Source: an uncultured Armatimonadetes bacterium (lineage in GTDB: Bacteria; Armatimonadota; Hebobacteria; Hebobacterales; Hebobacteraceae). Taken from it: DNA of 64,000 nt. The DNA lies in NCBI GenBank assembly GCA_963716175.1, contig OY970296.1:1120001-1184000 (forward strand). Reading direction: 5' to 3'. The notes beneath the pieces were generated by a model that did no database searches, was not told the DNA's origin, and saw only the letters and a program-made list of their open reading frames with translations. The stretch's first letter is position 1, and each line of letters starts with the position of its first letter. The translations under genes and the position numbers were made by a program. Positions 18,544 to 28,803 of the stretch are shown here, piece after piece.

Positions 18544-20789
18544 GTGAGCATCATCCGCCGTGAGACCCGGGTCAAAGGTACCGTCCAGGGGGTCGGTTTC
18601 CGGCCCTTTGTCTACCGGCTCGCCACCTCCCTGGGCCTGGCGGGGTCAGTCCGCAACACGCCCCGCGGGGTGGTGATCGAGATCGAGGGCGAGAACGAGA
18701 CCGTCGCCGCCTTCCTGCAGCAGCTGGTCAGCTCCGCCCCTCCCCTTTCCCGCATTTCGTCGCTCGAGACCAGCGAGCTTCCCCCTATCGGCCGCAGGGG
18801 GTTCGAGATCATCGAGAGTGCCCCCGGGGCCAGGCCCACCGCCCTCATCCCACCCGATGTCGCGCTCTGTGACGACTGCGCCCGCGAGATCGCCGACGCC
18901 GACGACCGCCGCTTCGGCTATGCCTTCACCAACTGCACCAACTGCGGGCCGCGCTTCAGCATCGTGCGCGGCATCCCCTATGACCGGCCTCAGACCACCA
19001 TGGCGGCCTTCGAGATGTGTCGGGCCTGCGCCGCCGAATATGCTGACCCCGCCGACCGGCGTTTTCACGCCGAGCCCATCGCCTGCCCGGTCTGCGGCCC
19101 CTCCTTGTTCCGCGATGGCCAGCCCTCGCCGGACGCGTTAGACCAGGTGGCGCGGTGGCTGACCGAGGGCAAGATCGTGGCCATCAAAGGCCTTGGTGGC
19201 TATCATCTCGCCTGCGATGCGCGCAACGCGCAGGCGGTGGAGGAGCTGCGCGCTCGCAAGGGCCGGGGCCAGAAGCCCTTCGCCATCATGGTGCGTGATC
19301 TCGCCGAGGCCCGCCGCGTGGCCGACCTCTCCCCGCGCGCCGCCCAACTGCTCACCTCACCGGAGAGCCCCATCGTCATCCTGCCGGGGCGGCCCGACAG
19401 CGGCCTCGCGCCAGGCCTCGCCCCCCGGCAGCGCACCGTCGGACTGATGCTGCCCTACACCCCGCTGCACCGGCTGCTGTTCTCGCAGGCCCCCCGGCCC
19501 TGGTGATGACCAGCGGCAACCTCGCCGAGGAGCCCATCGCGCACCGGGATGAGGAGGCGAAACGAAAGCTCGGCCCCATCGCCGATCATATCCTCTCCCA
19601 CGACCGCGAGATCGCGGTGCCCTGCGATGATTCCGTGGTGCGATGCCTCGGCGACCTGGCGATCCCGGTGCGCCGGGCGCGGGGATACGTGCCCCGCGCC
19701 ATCGCCGTTGGGGTCGAAGGCCCGCCCGTGCTGGCGGTGGGCGCGCACCACAAGAACACCTTCTGTCTGCTGCGCGAGGGGGAGGCGATCCTCAGCCAGC
19801 ATATCGGCGACCTCGACTCCCTGGAGGTGCTGGACTACTTCGGCGTCGCCATCGAGCACTTCGCTCGCCTCTTCCAGGCGAGGCCGGAGATCGTCGCCCA
19901 CGACCTGCACCCCGGCTATCTATCCACTCACTACGCGCGGTCGCTGGAGGGCGTGCGCCTGGTTCCGGTGCAGCATCATCACGCGCACGTGGTGAGCGTG
20001 ATGGCGGAGCTGGGCCTGGCGGGCCCGGTGATCGGCGTCGCCTATGATGGCACAGGCTACGGCCCCGATGGCACGCTCTGGGGTGGCGAGATCCTGATCG
20101 CTGACCGGCGCGAGTTCCGCCGCGCTGGCTACTTGCGCCCTGTGCCTCTGCCCGGCGGCGAAGCCGCCATCACCCATCCCCGGCGCATGGCCTTGAGCTA
20201 TCTCATCAGCGCTTTCGGCGACGAGGCCATCGCCGGGGCGCTCCGCCTCATGCCCGGCTTCGATGAGACCGAGGCGCGAGTGGTAGCGCGGCAGGTCGAG
20301 CGCAACCTCAACTCACCACTCACCTCCAGCATGGGCCGGCTCTTCGACGCGGTCGGCGCACTCCTCGGCGCCACCCCTGTTGCCACCTATGAGGGCCAGC
20401 CCGCGATGGAGCTGGAGGCCATCGCCGACCAGTTCCAGGGGCCCGCCACTCCGTATCCATATGCGATCTCAGATGGTATCATTGACCCGCGCCCGCTCAT
20501 CCAGGCTATCGCGGCTGACCTCGAGCGCCACGCCGATCACCCTGAGGTCGCGGCGCGCTTCCACGAGACCGTGGCCGCCTTCACCGTCGAGATCTGCCAG
20601 CGCCTCCACGCCGAAGGCGGTCCGCCTGATGTCGTGCTCTGCGGCGGCGTGATGCAGAACGCGCGCCTGCTGTCGCGGTTGGTGCAGGGCTTGACCGACG
20701 CCGGGCTGAGGCCCCACCTCCATCGCGAAGTGCCGCCCAACGATGGAGGACTCAGTCTGGGACAGGCCGTGGTGGGCTTGCAGGCGTAG
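18544..20789 (+). CDS. hypF: Carbamoyltransferase HypF; one frameshift near 19490, probably a sequencing error
   Basis: Acylphosphatase VQGVGFRPFVY, CTNCGPR zinc fingers, KGLGGYHLAC, MTSGN, QHHHAH, PPNDGGLSLGQ; adding one C to the run at ~19490 joins the two ORFs. Confidence 0.95.
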
Positions 20790-20837
20790 GCCGGTTCGGG
20801 TAAACTCATAGGTGGGAGCAGACTTGGGGAAGCAGAT

Positions 20838-21788
20838 ATGAGTATTGTTGTTTGCTGCAACCTGCCCGATGGTGTCATAATGGGCGCCGACTCGTACGTC
20901 ACGGTGTCAGGCATCAACGTTGACGAAAGCGGCGCTCAGCGACCCCAATTCCTCAAGTTCTTCGACAGCGCCCAGAAGATCTTCGAGCTGGGTACGATGC
21001 CGGGGCTTGCTTCTGGAGTGCCAGAGGAGGCACGGTGCGGAAGGCGGCAGCCGGCGGGCGGTGCCGCAGTTGCCGTAGGCGCGCTGGGGATGTATCAACT
21101 GGGTGATCGCACGATTGGCAGCCACTTGGAAGAGCTTGATGCCAAAGAGGGAACGGAATTGCTGCATCGGGGCAGCGGGGATACCGGCGCAAAGGGTAGC
21201 CTTAAGCCGGTCTGCACCGGGATCTGGGAGTTCTTCTCGAAGCGCTACACAGTCGCGCTGAGTCGGCACTTTGAGCAGGCCGGGCGCAAGCTCGACGACG
21301 TGCCGCCCGGCGACAGGCCGCCTCTCGGTTTCGTGATTGCTGGCTACGCTGCCGGGGAGGTGCTGGGAGAAGTGTGGTTGCTGGATGTGAGAACCCCGCC
21401 CGAGCAAGGCGGCATCGTGCAGGTCCGTGAGAAGGGCGCGTTCGGTGCAACCTGGGCAGGAGTGGCAGGGCCGATAAGTCGTTTCATCAAGGGATACGAC
21501 AACGAGATGCTGCCTGATAAGCTCCGACAGCTGCTCAATGAGAGACTTGGAGAGAAAGGCGAAGAGATCTGGTCTGATGTGGAAAAGCTGCTCACTCGCA
21601 TGGAGTACCGGATACCCTATGCTGCAATGCCTCTAGAAGAAGGCATTGAGCATGTCAGGTACCTAGTAGGCCTGGCCATCAGCTTCGCAAAGTACGCCGT
21701 CGGCCCCCCGCTGTGTGGTGGGGAAGTAAGACTAGCGGCCATAACGAGAAGGAGGGGCTTCCGCTGGATCGGCCGTGAGCCGATGTAA
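20838..21788 (+). CDS. Proteasome-beta-like Ntn-hydrolase homolog (hypothetical)
   Basis: M-S1-IVVC...DGVIMGADS...QKIF and C-terminal CGGEVRLAAIT..GFRW match the Thr/Ser1-Asp17-Lys33 layout by eye. Confidence 0.65.
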   Translation: MSIVVCCNLPDGVIMGADSYVTVSGINVDESGAQRPQFLKFFDSAQKIFELGTMPGLASGVPEEARCGRRQPAGGAAVAVGALGMYQLGDRTIGSHLEELDAKEGTELLHRGSGDTGAKGSLKPVCTGIWEFFSKRYTVALSRHFEQAGRKLDDVPPGDRPPLGFVIAGYAAGEVLGEVWLLDVRTPPEQGGIVQVREKGAFGATWAGVAGPISRFIKGYDNEMLPDKLRQLLNERLGEKGEEIWSDVEKLLTRMEYRIPYAAMPLEEGIEHVRYLVGLAISFAKYAVGPPLCGGEVRLAAITRRRGFRWIGREPM

Positions 21789-21806
21789 GCAACAGGAGGC
21801 GCGACT

Positions 21807-22025
21807 ATGGCGATGGATAGAGGTTTTGGCCTTGGGAGGACGGCAGATTGGGGACTTGAGTTCGAGCGTTGGGTCGCGCAGAGCACCGTGTCCTCCGCGG
21901 GTGCTGTGGCCGAGTGGTACCCCTTTGAGGTCGGCGGTCTGCCTGCCGAGCCTAGCCTGGAGGAGCGCGTGGATAGCTGGCTCAGACGGCACGAGGAAGC
22001 TATGAACCGCCTTGCCGATCTCTGA
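21807..22025 (+). CDS. Putative antitoxin for Doc
   Basis: 72 aa, AGGAGG RBS, C-terminal LRRHEEAMNRLA resembling Doc-neutralising helices; overlaps doc. Confidence 0.65.
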   Translation: MAMDRGFGLGRTADWGLEFERWVAQSTVSSAGAVAEWYPFEVGGLPAEPSLEERVDSWLRRHEEAMNRLADL

Positions 22026-22455
22026 GCCGTCGGTGCGCTATCTGTCGGCCGACGAGATCTGGAGAGTTCATCTTCGTGTAGCTCGCCATGCGGAGCAGCT
22101 CGGAAAGCCCTTTCTGGCAGCGGTAAGAGAACCCGAGTTGCTGGCGTCAGCTGCAGGTCAGCCCCGCCAGAGCTTTGGCGGGGCTGACCTTTACAGGACT
22201 GTATTCGACAAGGCAGCAGCGCTGGCAAGAGGCATCATATGCGGCCATATGTTTGTGGACGGCAACAAGCGAACAGGCCTTGCCGCGGTAAGGCTGTTTC
22301 TGGAGTACAACGGATGGGACTTCGACCTGCCTGACGAGGAATTGGAGGCCCTCGCGCTGGTGATCGCTGGAGCGCGCGAGCAAGGCCAGGAACCCATCGC
22401 GATAACGGAGATATCTGAGCGACTGCGTAGCGCGTCGAGAAGTACAGATCGCTGA
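22012..22455 (+). CDS. doc: Death-on-curing (Fic/Doc) family toxin
   Basis: YLS..EI..H, LLASA...P, HMFVDGNKRTG Doc motif; start could be GTG 22033. Confidence 0.9.
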   Translation: MPISEPSVRYLSADEIWRVHLRVARHAEQLGKPFLAAVREPELLASAAGQPRQSFGGADLYRTVFDKAAALARGIICGHMFVDGNKRTGLAAVRLFLEYNGWDFDLPDEELEALALVIAGAREQGQEPIAITEISERLRSASRSTDR

Positions 22456-22527
22456 ATGGCACAGGTCGCTCATGAACACGAGAGAGAAGGCACACACTCG
22501 GGTGCGGTCGCTCAGGAGTCAAGCCTG

Positions 22528-22767
22528 ATGTGTCTTGCCATACCCATGCGCGTCGTATCCATCTCCGGCCCCACCGCACAGGTGGAAGAGGGCGGGGTGC
22601 GCCGCGAGGTGCGGGTTGACCTGATCGAGCGGGTCGCGGTCGGCGACTATGTGATCGTGCACGCCGGGGTGGCGATAGAGCGCCTCGATCCCGAGGAGGC
22701 CGAGGAGACGCTGCACCTGTTCGCGGAGATGTTTGGTGGAAAGCCTGAAGGAACTCCGCAGCTCTGA
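22528..22767 (+). CDS. hypC: Hydrogenase maturation chaperone HypC
   Basis: MCLAIP N-terminus, GDYVIVHAG. Confidence 0.95.
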   Translation: MCLAIPMRVVSISGPTAQVEEGGVRREVRVDLIERVAVGDYVIVHAGVAIERLDPEEAEETLHLFAEMFGGKPEGTPQL

Positions 22768-23857
22768 GCTGCTCCGCTGGCTGGCGGAGCAGCTTCGCGC
22801 CATGGCGGCCCCGCCGGCCACCTTGATGGAGGTGTGCGGCACTCACACCGTGGCCATCGCGCGCCACGGCCTGCGCCAGGCCCTGCCCCCGGGGGTGCGG
22901 CTAATCTCGGGGCCCGGCTGCCCGGTGTGCGTGACCCCGCAGCATCAGATTGACCACTTCCTCGCGCTGGGCGGACTCGACGGCGTCACCCTTACCACCT
23001 TCGGGGACATGATGCGGGTGCCGGGAAGCGAGCACAGCCTGGAGCAGGCCCGCGCCGCGGGCGCTGATGTGCGCGTCGTCTACTCTCCCATGGACGCGGT
23101 CACCGCGGCCGCGGAGAGACCGGACCGGCAGGTGGTGTTCTTCGGCATCGGCTTCGAGACCACCGCCCCCGCGGTGGCGCTGGCCATCCTCGAGGCCCAG
23201 AAGCAAGAGCTAAGGAACTTCTCCGTGCTCTGCGCCCACAAGCTCATCCCGCCCGCCATGCTCGCCCTGCTGGATTCACAGATTCGCGTGGACGGGTTCA
23301 TCTGCCCCGGGCATGTCAGCGCCATCATCGGCAGCAATGCCTATCGCCCGGTTGCAGAGCGAGGAAAGCCTTGCGTGGTCGCCGGATTCGAGGCCGCCGA
23401 CATCCTGCGCGCGGTGCAGATGCTGCTGCGGCAGCTCGCCGAAGGCCGCGCCGAGGTCGAGAGCGAGTACACGCGGGCAGTCCGCCCGGAGGGCAACCGG
23501 CGCGCCCAGGTCCTGCTCGCTCGCGTCTTCCGCATCACCGACGCGCGCTGGCGCGGCCTGGGCGAGATCCCGGCCAGCGGTCTCGCGATCAGCGAGGAGT
23601 TCGCGGAGTTCGACGCCGGGCGGCGTTTCCAGGTGGAGCTGCCGCCCACCAGGGAGCCGGCCGCATGCCGCTGCGGCGACGTGCTGCGCGGCCTGATTGA
23701 CCCGCCGGAGTGCCCGCTCTTCGGCGAGACCTGCACCCCGGCCACGCCCGTCGGCGCCTGCATGGTCTCCAGCGAGGGCGCCTGCCAGGCCCATTATCGG
23801 TATAGATCCGTTGGGCAGGGGCTTGCCCCTGCCACTGACGGAGGTGGCGAGCCATGA
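22733..23857 (+). CDS. hypD: Hydrogenase maturation protein HypD
   Basis: MEVCGTHT, GPGCPVC, GFETTAP, PGHVS, CMVSSEGAC. Confidence 0.97.
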   Translation: MVESLKELRSSELLRWLAEQLRAMAAPPATLMEVCGTHTVAIARHGLRQALPPGVRLISGPGCPVCVTPQHQIDHFLALGGLDGVTLTTFGDMMRVPGSEHSLEQARAAGADVRVVYSPMDAVTAAAERPDRQVVFFGIGFETTAPAVALAILEAQKQELRNFSVLCAHKLIPPAMLALLDSQIRVDGFICPGHVSAIIGSNAYRPVAERGKPCVVAGFEAADILRAVQMLLRQLAEGRAEVESEYTRAVRPEGNRRAQVLLARVFRITDARWRGLGEIPASGLAISEEFAEFDAGRRFQVELPPTREPAACRCGDVLRGLIDPPECPLFGETCTPATPVGACMVSSEGACQAHYRYRSVGQGLAPATDGGGEP

Positions 23858-24906
23858 CCGACGACCGCGTCCTGCTGGCTCACGGCGACGGCGGCGAGAT
23901 GATGGCCGACCTCATCGCCAGGATCTTCGTCTCCCGGCTCGGCGCCGGAGACCCACCGGGCGATGACGCCGCCCGGGTTGGTAGCGCAGGCTCCCCCGCC
24001 GGCCTTGTGGCGAGCTCCCAGCCTGCGGCCGGTTCCCATCTCGCCTTCACCACCGATGCCTTTGTTGTGGACCCGATCTTCTTCCCCGGCGGCGACATCG
24101 GCCGGCTCGCCGTCTGCGGCACCGTGAACGATCTCGCCACCGCGGGAGCGCGCCCGCTCGCCCTCAGCGCCAGCTTCATCCTGGAGGAAGGCCTTCTCAT
24201 CACCGACCTCGAGCGCATCGTGGACTCGATGGCGAGCGCGGCTCAGGAGGCCGGCGTCCGCGTGATCACGGGCGACACCAAAGTGGTGCCCCGCGGCAAG
24301 GCCGATCGCGTCTACATCTCCACCTCCGGAGTGGGCGAAGTGCCCCCGGGCATCTCCCTCTCCGGCGCCAATGCCCGGCCCGGCGACATCGTCATCGTCA
24401 CCGGCCCGCTGGGGGATCACGGCCTGGCCGTGCTCTCCCGGAGAGAGGGGTTGCAGTCCGAATCAGAGATCGTGAGCGATTGCGCGCCCCTGGCCGCAAT
24501 GGTGCAGGACCTGCTTGCCGCCGCGCCCGGCGTGCACGCGCTGCGCGACCCGACCCGCGGCGGCCTCGCCGCCGCTCTCAACGAGATCGCGCGCCAGTCT
24601 CAGGTCGAGATCGAGATCGAGGAGTCTGCGGTCCCAGTGCGAGCCGGGGTGGCGGTGGCCTGCGAGCTGCTCGGACTGGACCCGCTCTACGCCGCGAACG
24701 AAGGCAAGATGATCGTGATCGTCGCCCCCGATCAGGCCGAGGCCGCGCTTGCCGCCCTCCGCGCCCACCCCTACGGCAAGGAGGCCGCCGTCATGGGCCG
24801 CGTCGCGACCGCCTCGCGGAAACCGCGCGTCCTGCTCCGCACCGCCCTCGGCACCCACCGCATCCTGGATAGGCATGTGGGCGAACAGATGCCGCGGATT
24901 TGCTGA
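23854..24906 (+). CDS. hypE: Hydrogenase maturation protein HypE
   Basis: LAHGDGG, FTTD, GTVNDL, RDPTRGG, ANEG, C-terminal PRIC. Confidence 0.97.
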   Translation: MTDDRVLLAHGDGGEMMADLIARIFVSRLGAGDPPGDDAARVGSAGSPAGLVASSQPAAGSHLAFTTDAFVVDPIFFPGGDIGRLAVCGTVNDLATAGARPLALSASFILEEGLLITDLERIVDSMASAAQEAGVRVITGDTKVVPRGKADRVYISTSGVGEVPPGISLSGANARPGDIVIVTGPLGDHGLAVLSRREGLQSESEIVSDCAPLAAMVQDLLAAAPGVHALRDPTRGGLAAALNEIARQSQVEIEIEESAVPVRAGVAVACELLGLDPLYAANEGKMIVIVAPDQAEAALAALRAHPYGKEAAVMGRVATASRKPRVLLRTALGTHRILDRHVGEQMPRIC

Positions 24907-24972
24907 TCCGTCGTGCTCCTCCTTGGCAGTCGTTGCTTTCTTCTTGCCCGGCGTGCGCGTTCTCGTCCCGTG

Positions 24973-25001
24973 TTGCCCGCAGCGGCAGAATGCGGTATAC
25001 T
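24973..25001 (+). promoter_or_regulatory. sigma70-type promoter
   Basis: TTGCCC-N17-TATACT 45 nt upstream of ATG 25046. Confidence 0.6.
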
Positions 25002-25045
25002 CGGTGTCGGGCCAAACATCTGTTACTGTTCTCACAGGGGCCAGT

Positions 25046-26500
25046 ATGAGACTGCTGCACTGGCTGACGCGCCATAGGACAATCGGGCAGCAAGACCGAG
25101 GGCCCGCAGTCACTGCTGAGGCATCAGACGCGCCTGGAAAGGGCGCGACGCCACGCGGCCAGCCGCCCTTGTTCAGGGTGCTGGTGTACGGCTACGACGA
25201 CCTCAGGCTGATCGCGACAGAACAACTGCCCGACGGCGTACTCATGCACTACGACCCCCGCGATTCCCGCTTCGATGATTTTGACTGCATAGTGCTCCCC
25301 TACCGCGCATTCCTGTCCAGAGTCGAGGTGGTCCGCCGCTACATGGAGCCCACACGCCGCGACGTTTACGTCTGGGAACCTGAGAGAGACCGCCGCGACA
25401 AAGAGATAGAGGCCCTACTTCGCAAGGGCGGAGTTGTGTGTTGGCTGGTGGACGAGGTGCCCCAAATCGCGCGTCGTGACAAGTACGACGATTTCGGCGC
25501 GTGGGTCAGGGCTAACGCCTCTGAAAACATCCGCGCGTATCCTGGGTTTGTCTCCCTCCACTACCGGGCCGGCTATGCGCTCAGTGATCCCTGGCCCTCA
25601 GCATTTTCCGGGCTGCAGTGTCGCCGTTCCGAGTTCAGGAAGTGGGTCGCGTCCCACGCGAGCACTCGCCACGACCTGGTACTCGTTGAGCCAGACAGGG
25701 CCCATAGCACCCAGGTCATCTGCACCTTCCCCAACGATGACCCGGCAGGTTTGGCGATCCCGGTAGACGCTGGCCTGGTACTCATATTGCCCTATCTGCC
25801 AGCGAACCGTCCTCGCACTGAAGTAGCGTCGGCCATGCACGAGCTGGCGCGAGCGCTTCGCCGTTACCGCGACGCTGTGATCGCGGCGCCTCCTCCTTGG
25901 CTTGACGAGTTCTGCTTCACACAAGAGCGCACCATCCGAGATGAACTGGCGCGCCTGGACCAGCTAAAGGCCGAATCCAGCGCGAAACTAGCTCCCTATG
26001 AGCAGCAGAAGAGACTCCTTTACCTCGGAGATGATCAGCTCACAGAGGACCTCATTGCCTGCCTCGAAGCGCGTGGCCTGAAGACCCAAAGAGAGGAGCG
26101 CTTTGTCGAGGACTTCTTCCTGCTGGACGATGCCCGCACGCCTGTCGCGATCTGCGAGGTCAAGGGTCTGGACGCCAATCTCAGGGGGGAGCACGTCGCA
26201 CAACTCAATCTCCACCGCACTGAGCACGACCTCGACCAGGAGTTCCTGGGGCTTCTTTTCGCGAACACCTTCCGGAGAGCGCCGACCTTTGCCGAGAAGG
26301 ATCATCAGATTGAACCGAGGACACGCAAACAAGCAGCGCACCTCCACATCACTGTCGTCAGAACACTCGACCTGCTCCGCCTCTTCGACCTGATGGACAC
26401 GGGCCAGCTCGACGCCTCAGGCCTGCTTGCGGTTCTAGCCGAGAAGCCCGGCTGGCTCCGGGTTGACCCCGACGGCGTGTGTCAAGTATTGCAGGAGTAG
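25046..26500 (+). CDS. Hypothetical protein with C-terminal PD-(D/E)xK-like domain
   Basis: 484 aa, short coiled coil followed by EDFFL...AICEVKG...QL. Confidence 0.65.
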   Translation: MRLLHWLTRHRTIGQQDRGPAVTAEASDAPGKGATPRGQPPLFRVLVYGYDDLRLIATEQLPDGVLMHYDPRDSRFDDFDCIVLPYRAFLSRVEVVRRYMEPTRRDVYVWEPERDRRDKEIEALLRKGGVVCWLVDEVPQIARRDKYDDFGAWVRANASENIRAYPGFVSLHYRAGYALSDPWPSAFSGLQCRRSEFRKWVASHASTRHDLVLVEPDRAHSTQVICTFPNDDPAGLAIPVDAGLVLILPYLPANRPRTEVASAMHELARALRRYRDAVIAAPPPWLDEFCFTQERTIRDELARLDQLKAESSAKLAPYEQQKRLLYLGDDQLTEDLIACLEARGLKTQREERFVEDFFLLDDARTPVAICEVKGLDANLRGEHVAQLNLHRTEHDLDQEFLGLLFANTFRRAPTFAEKDHQIEPRTRKQAAHLHITVVRTLDLLRLFDLMDTGQLDASGLLAVLAEKPGWLRVDPDGVCQVLQE

Positions 26501-26754
26501 GGGACCACCTCAGCAGGCCCGCGACGCCACCTCCACCTCTGCCCCACTCACGTAGTCGCCATAGCTCCATCCACCCCGGCATCCCGCCCGCGACACAGAT
26601 CACCATCGCCCTCCGCAGAACCATCCGCCTGATGCACGACATTGACTCCCTCCCCCCTCCTGGCCCCTGGCGTGATGAGGCCTACCGCCCCACCCCTGCT
26701 TCGTGTGCAGGCGCACACTGCGCAGGGGTAGGCTACTGCCCTTCGCCCTCCTCC

Positions 26755-28795
26755 TCACAACCCCCAGAACCCATAGGTCCTCGTCCCCCAGATCATGGTC
26801 ACGAAGGTCCAGCTCAGCCCGATCACGGTCTCTCCCAGGATCAAACCGTAGAAGAACGGCAGGGCCTGCCGGTAGAGCCGCAGCCCGCCATAGCGAAGCA
26901 CCGTGCCCTTGGCGATCATCGCCAGCACCATGGGCATCCAGATCAGGTGGATGGACCAGCTCGCGGCCAGGGCGTAGGCCACCGGGTGCAGGGGCCACCC
27001 CACGATGGCGCTTCGCGCCGCCCCCAGCAGTAAGGTGATGGCGAACCCGGCGGCCATGGCGAGCAGAGGCACGTAGTCCGCGTGGGTCGGGTTCTGGACC
27101 CAGGATTGCAGGGTGCGCGCCACCTCATCGCCCTGCCAATCTCCCCCGCTCCACTTGGAAGCCACCCCCCACTGATAGGCATAGTGCAGCCACACCCAGA
27201 ACCCGGCCAGCGTCCCCAGCAGGCTCGCCAGCGTGATGGCGACGACCACCGGCCTGCTGGGAGACCCGGTCCGCGCCGCCAATTGCACCCCCTCGATGGT
27301 GTGCCCGATGGGATGGCCCCGGAAGGCGCGCTGCAGCCACCAATAGATGCTGAACATGGTCAGGTCCTGATGGCTCACGTTCATCGTTCCAGATACCGAG
27401 ACGATGATGCGGCCCGGGCCGGCGTGGTGGAAGTCGTGCACCGGCGAGCCGAACTCCGCCCGCACCCGCGCCACCGCCAGCGATAGCAGGTAGTAGACCA
27501 CGAAGAAGAAGATGGCGATCCGCAGCGACATCCCTCCATAGACGCTGAAGGCCACCAGCAGCGCGATCCCCACCACTGCACCGATCGCGGCCAGCCGGTA
27601 GCTCATCCCCTCCTGGGCATCGCTGACTTCACTCCGCCGGCCCACGATCCGCCGCCACACCGCGGCGAAGTAGCTCCTCCCCACAAAGATCGGCCCCAGC
27701 GCGATCGCCATGTACCCGCCGAACATCTGGTGATTGGCATAGGGAAACGTGGTCTCCACTTCCCCGGTCCAGCCCTGGTTGATCCCGAGCGCGGCCGAGA
27801 GGACATACATCGCCTTCCACCAGAAGAAGAAGACCACGCACGAGAACAGGATGTCCAGCGGCACCAGGAACGCGATCCCGATCACCGCCGGGTAGAAGGT
27901 CACCGGCAGCCAGCCAATCCCGCGCCAGGGCAAATCGGGAAGGAGATTGGCGATATCGTTCGCGCCCCAGTTGTCCACCACTGGCGCAATCGAGAGATAG
28001 GGCAGGGCCGGGTAGATGTAGTGCAGCCCATTGATCAGATCCACCGACCCCGCCGCCACGAACCCGATCCAGAGCAGCGCGCTGCGCCAGAGCTGGGTGT
28101 CCGGCCGGGTGATCTCCAGCGGCAACTGGATGATGGGGAAAGTCAGCCGCTCCCGGTCCGCCCACTGCGCCCGCACCAGCACCGAGAGGCAGGTCATGAC
28201 GAAGATCAGCACCACCATGAACCCGGTCCACCACAGCACTGGCGGCAGCCAGGCCCGCAGCACGAAACTCTGGTACATGCTGGAGGAGCCGTTGTAGTAA
28301 TGGTACAGCGCCTGGGGGTCGCTCACCACCAGCCAGGGCGGTGAATTCGCCCACATCTCCTCCCAGCGGTTCGCCGGGGTGGCGAACCAGAAGGGGTGAG
28401 TGATGGTGGGCACCAGCACCTGCATGTTGTCATAGGCCACCGTCGAGCTGCCGATGGTGAGCATGGCGTAGATGATGATGAACTCGGCCTGGTTGAGCGC
28501 CCAGGCCGGCCGCAGCCTGCGCGCCACGGCATTGGCCAGCGCCAGGAAGAAGACGATGAAGATCACGTTGAAGAAAAGCGAGAATGGTGGTGGGGAGCAC
28601 GCCCGCGCCGGTGATGTTCTCCATGTGGAGCACCCACAGCGCGTTCAGCGGCAGCAGCACCAGCCCCAGCGCAAATCCGCGGCCGACTCGGCTCGTGCTT
28701 CGTAGCGAAGGCCGGTTCGCCTGCCGAAGCTGGGCTTCGGAGCCCGCGAAGGCAGGAGCTTCGCTACTTCGCAGAGTAGCAGTGGCTCTCTTCAT
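26755..28795 (-). CDS. DUF6785/DUF6784-type multi-pass membrane protein, paralog 1; frameshift near 28585
   Basis: QWADRERLTFPIIQLPL, RVRAEFG, WPLHPVAY, LRYGGLRLYR; N-terminal part lies in ORF 28430-28795. Confidence 0.85.
28692..28781 (-). repeat. Palindromic element inserted in frame in the N-terminus of paralog 1
   Basis: Both ends match the reverse complement of 60579-60624; explains the 30-aa excess over paralog 2. Confidence 0.8.
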
Positions 28796-28803
28796 CCTGC
28801 TTC

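Noticed and set aside
26358-26642. 94-aa ORF with strong purine-rich RBS
   Set aside because: Overlaps the convergent gene and has no recognisable motif; at most a gene remnant.
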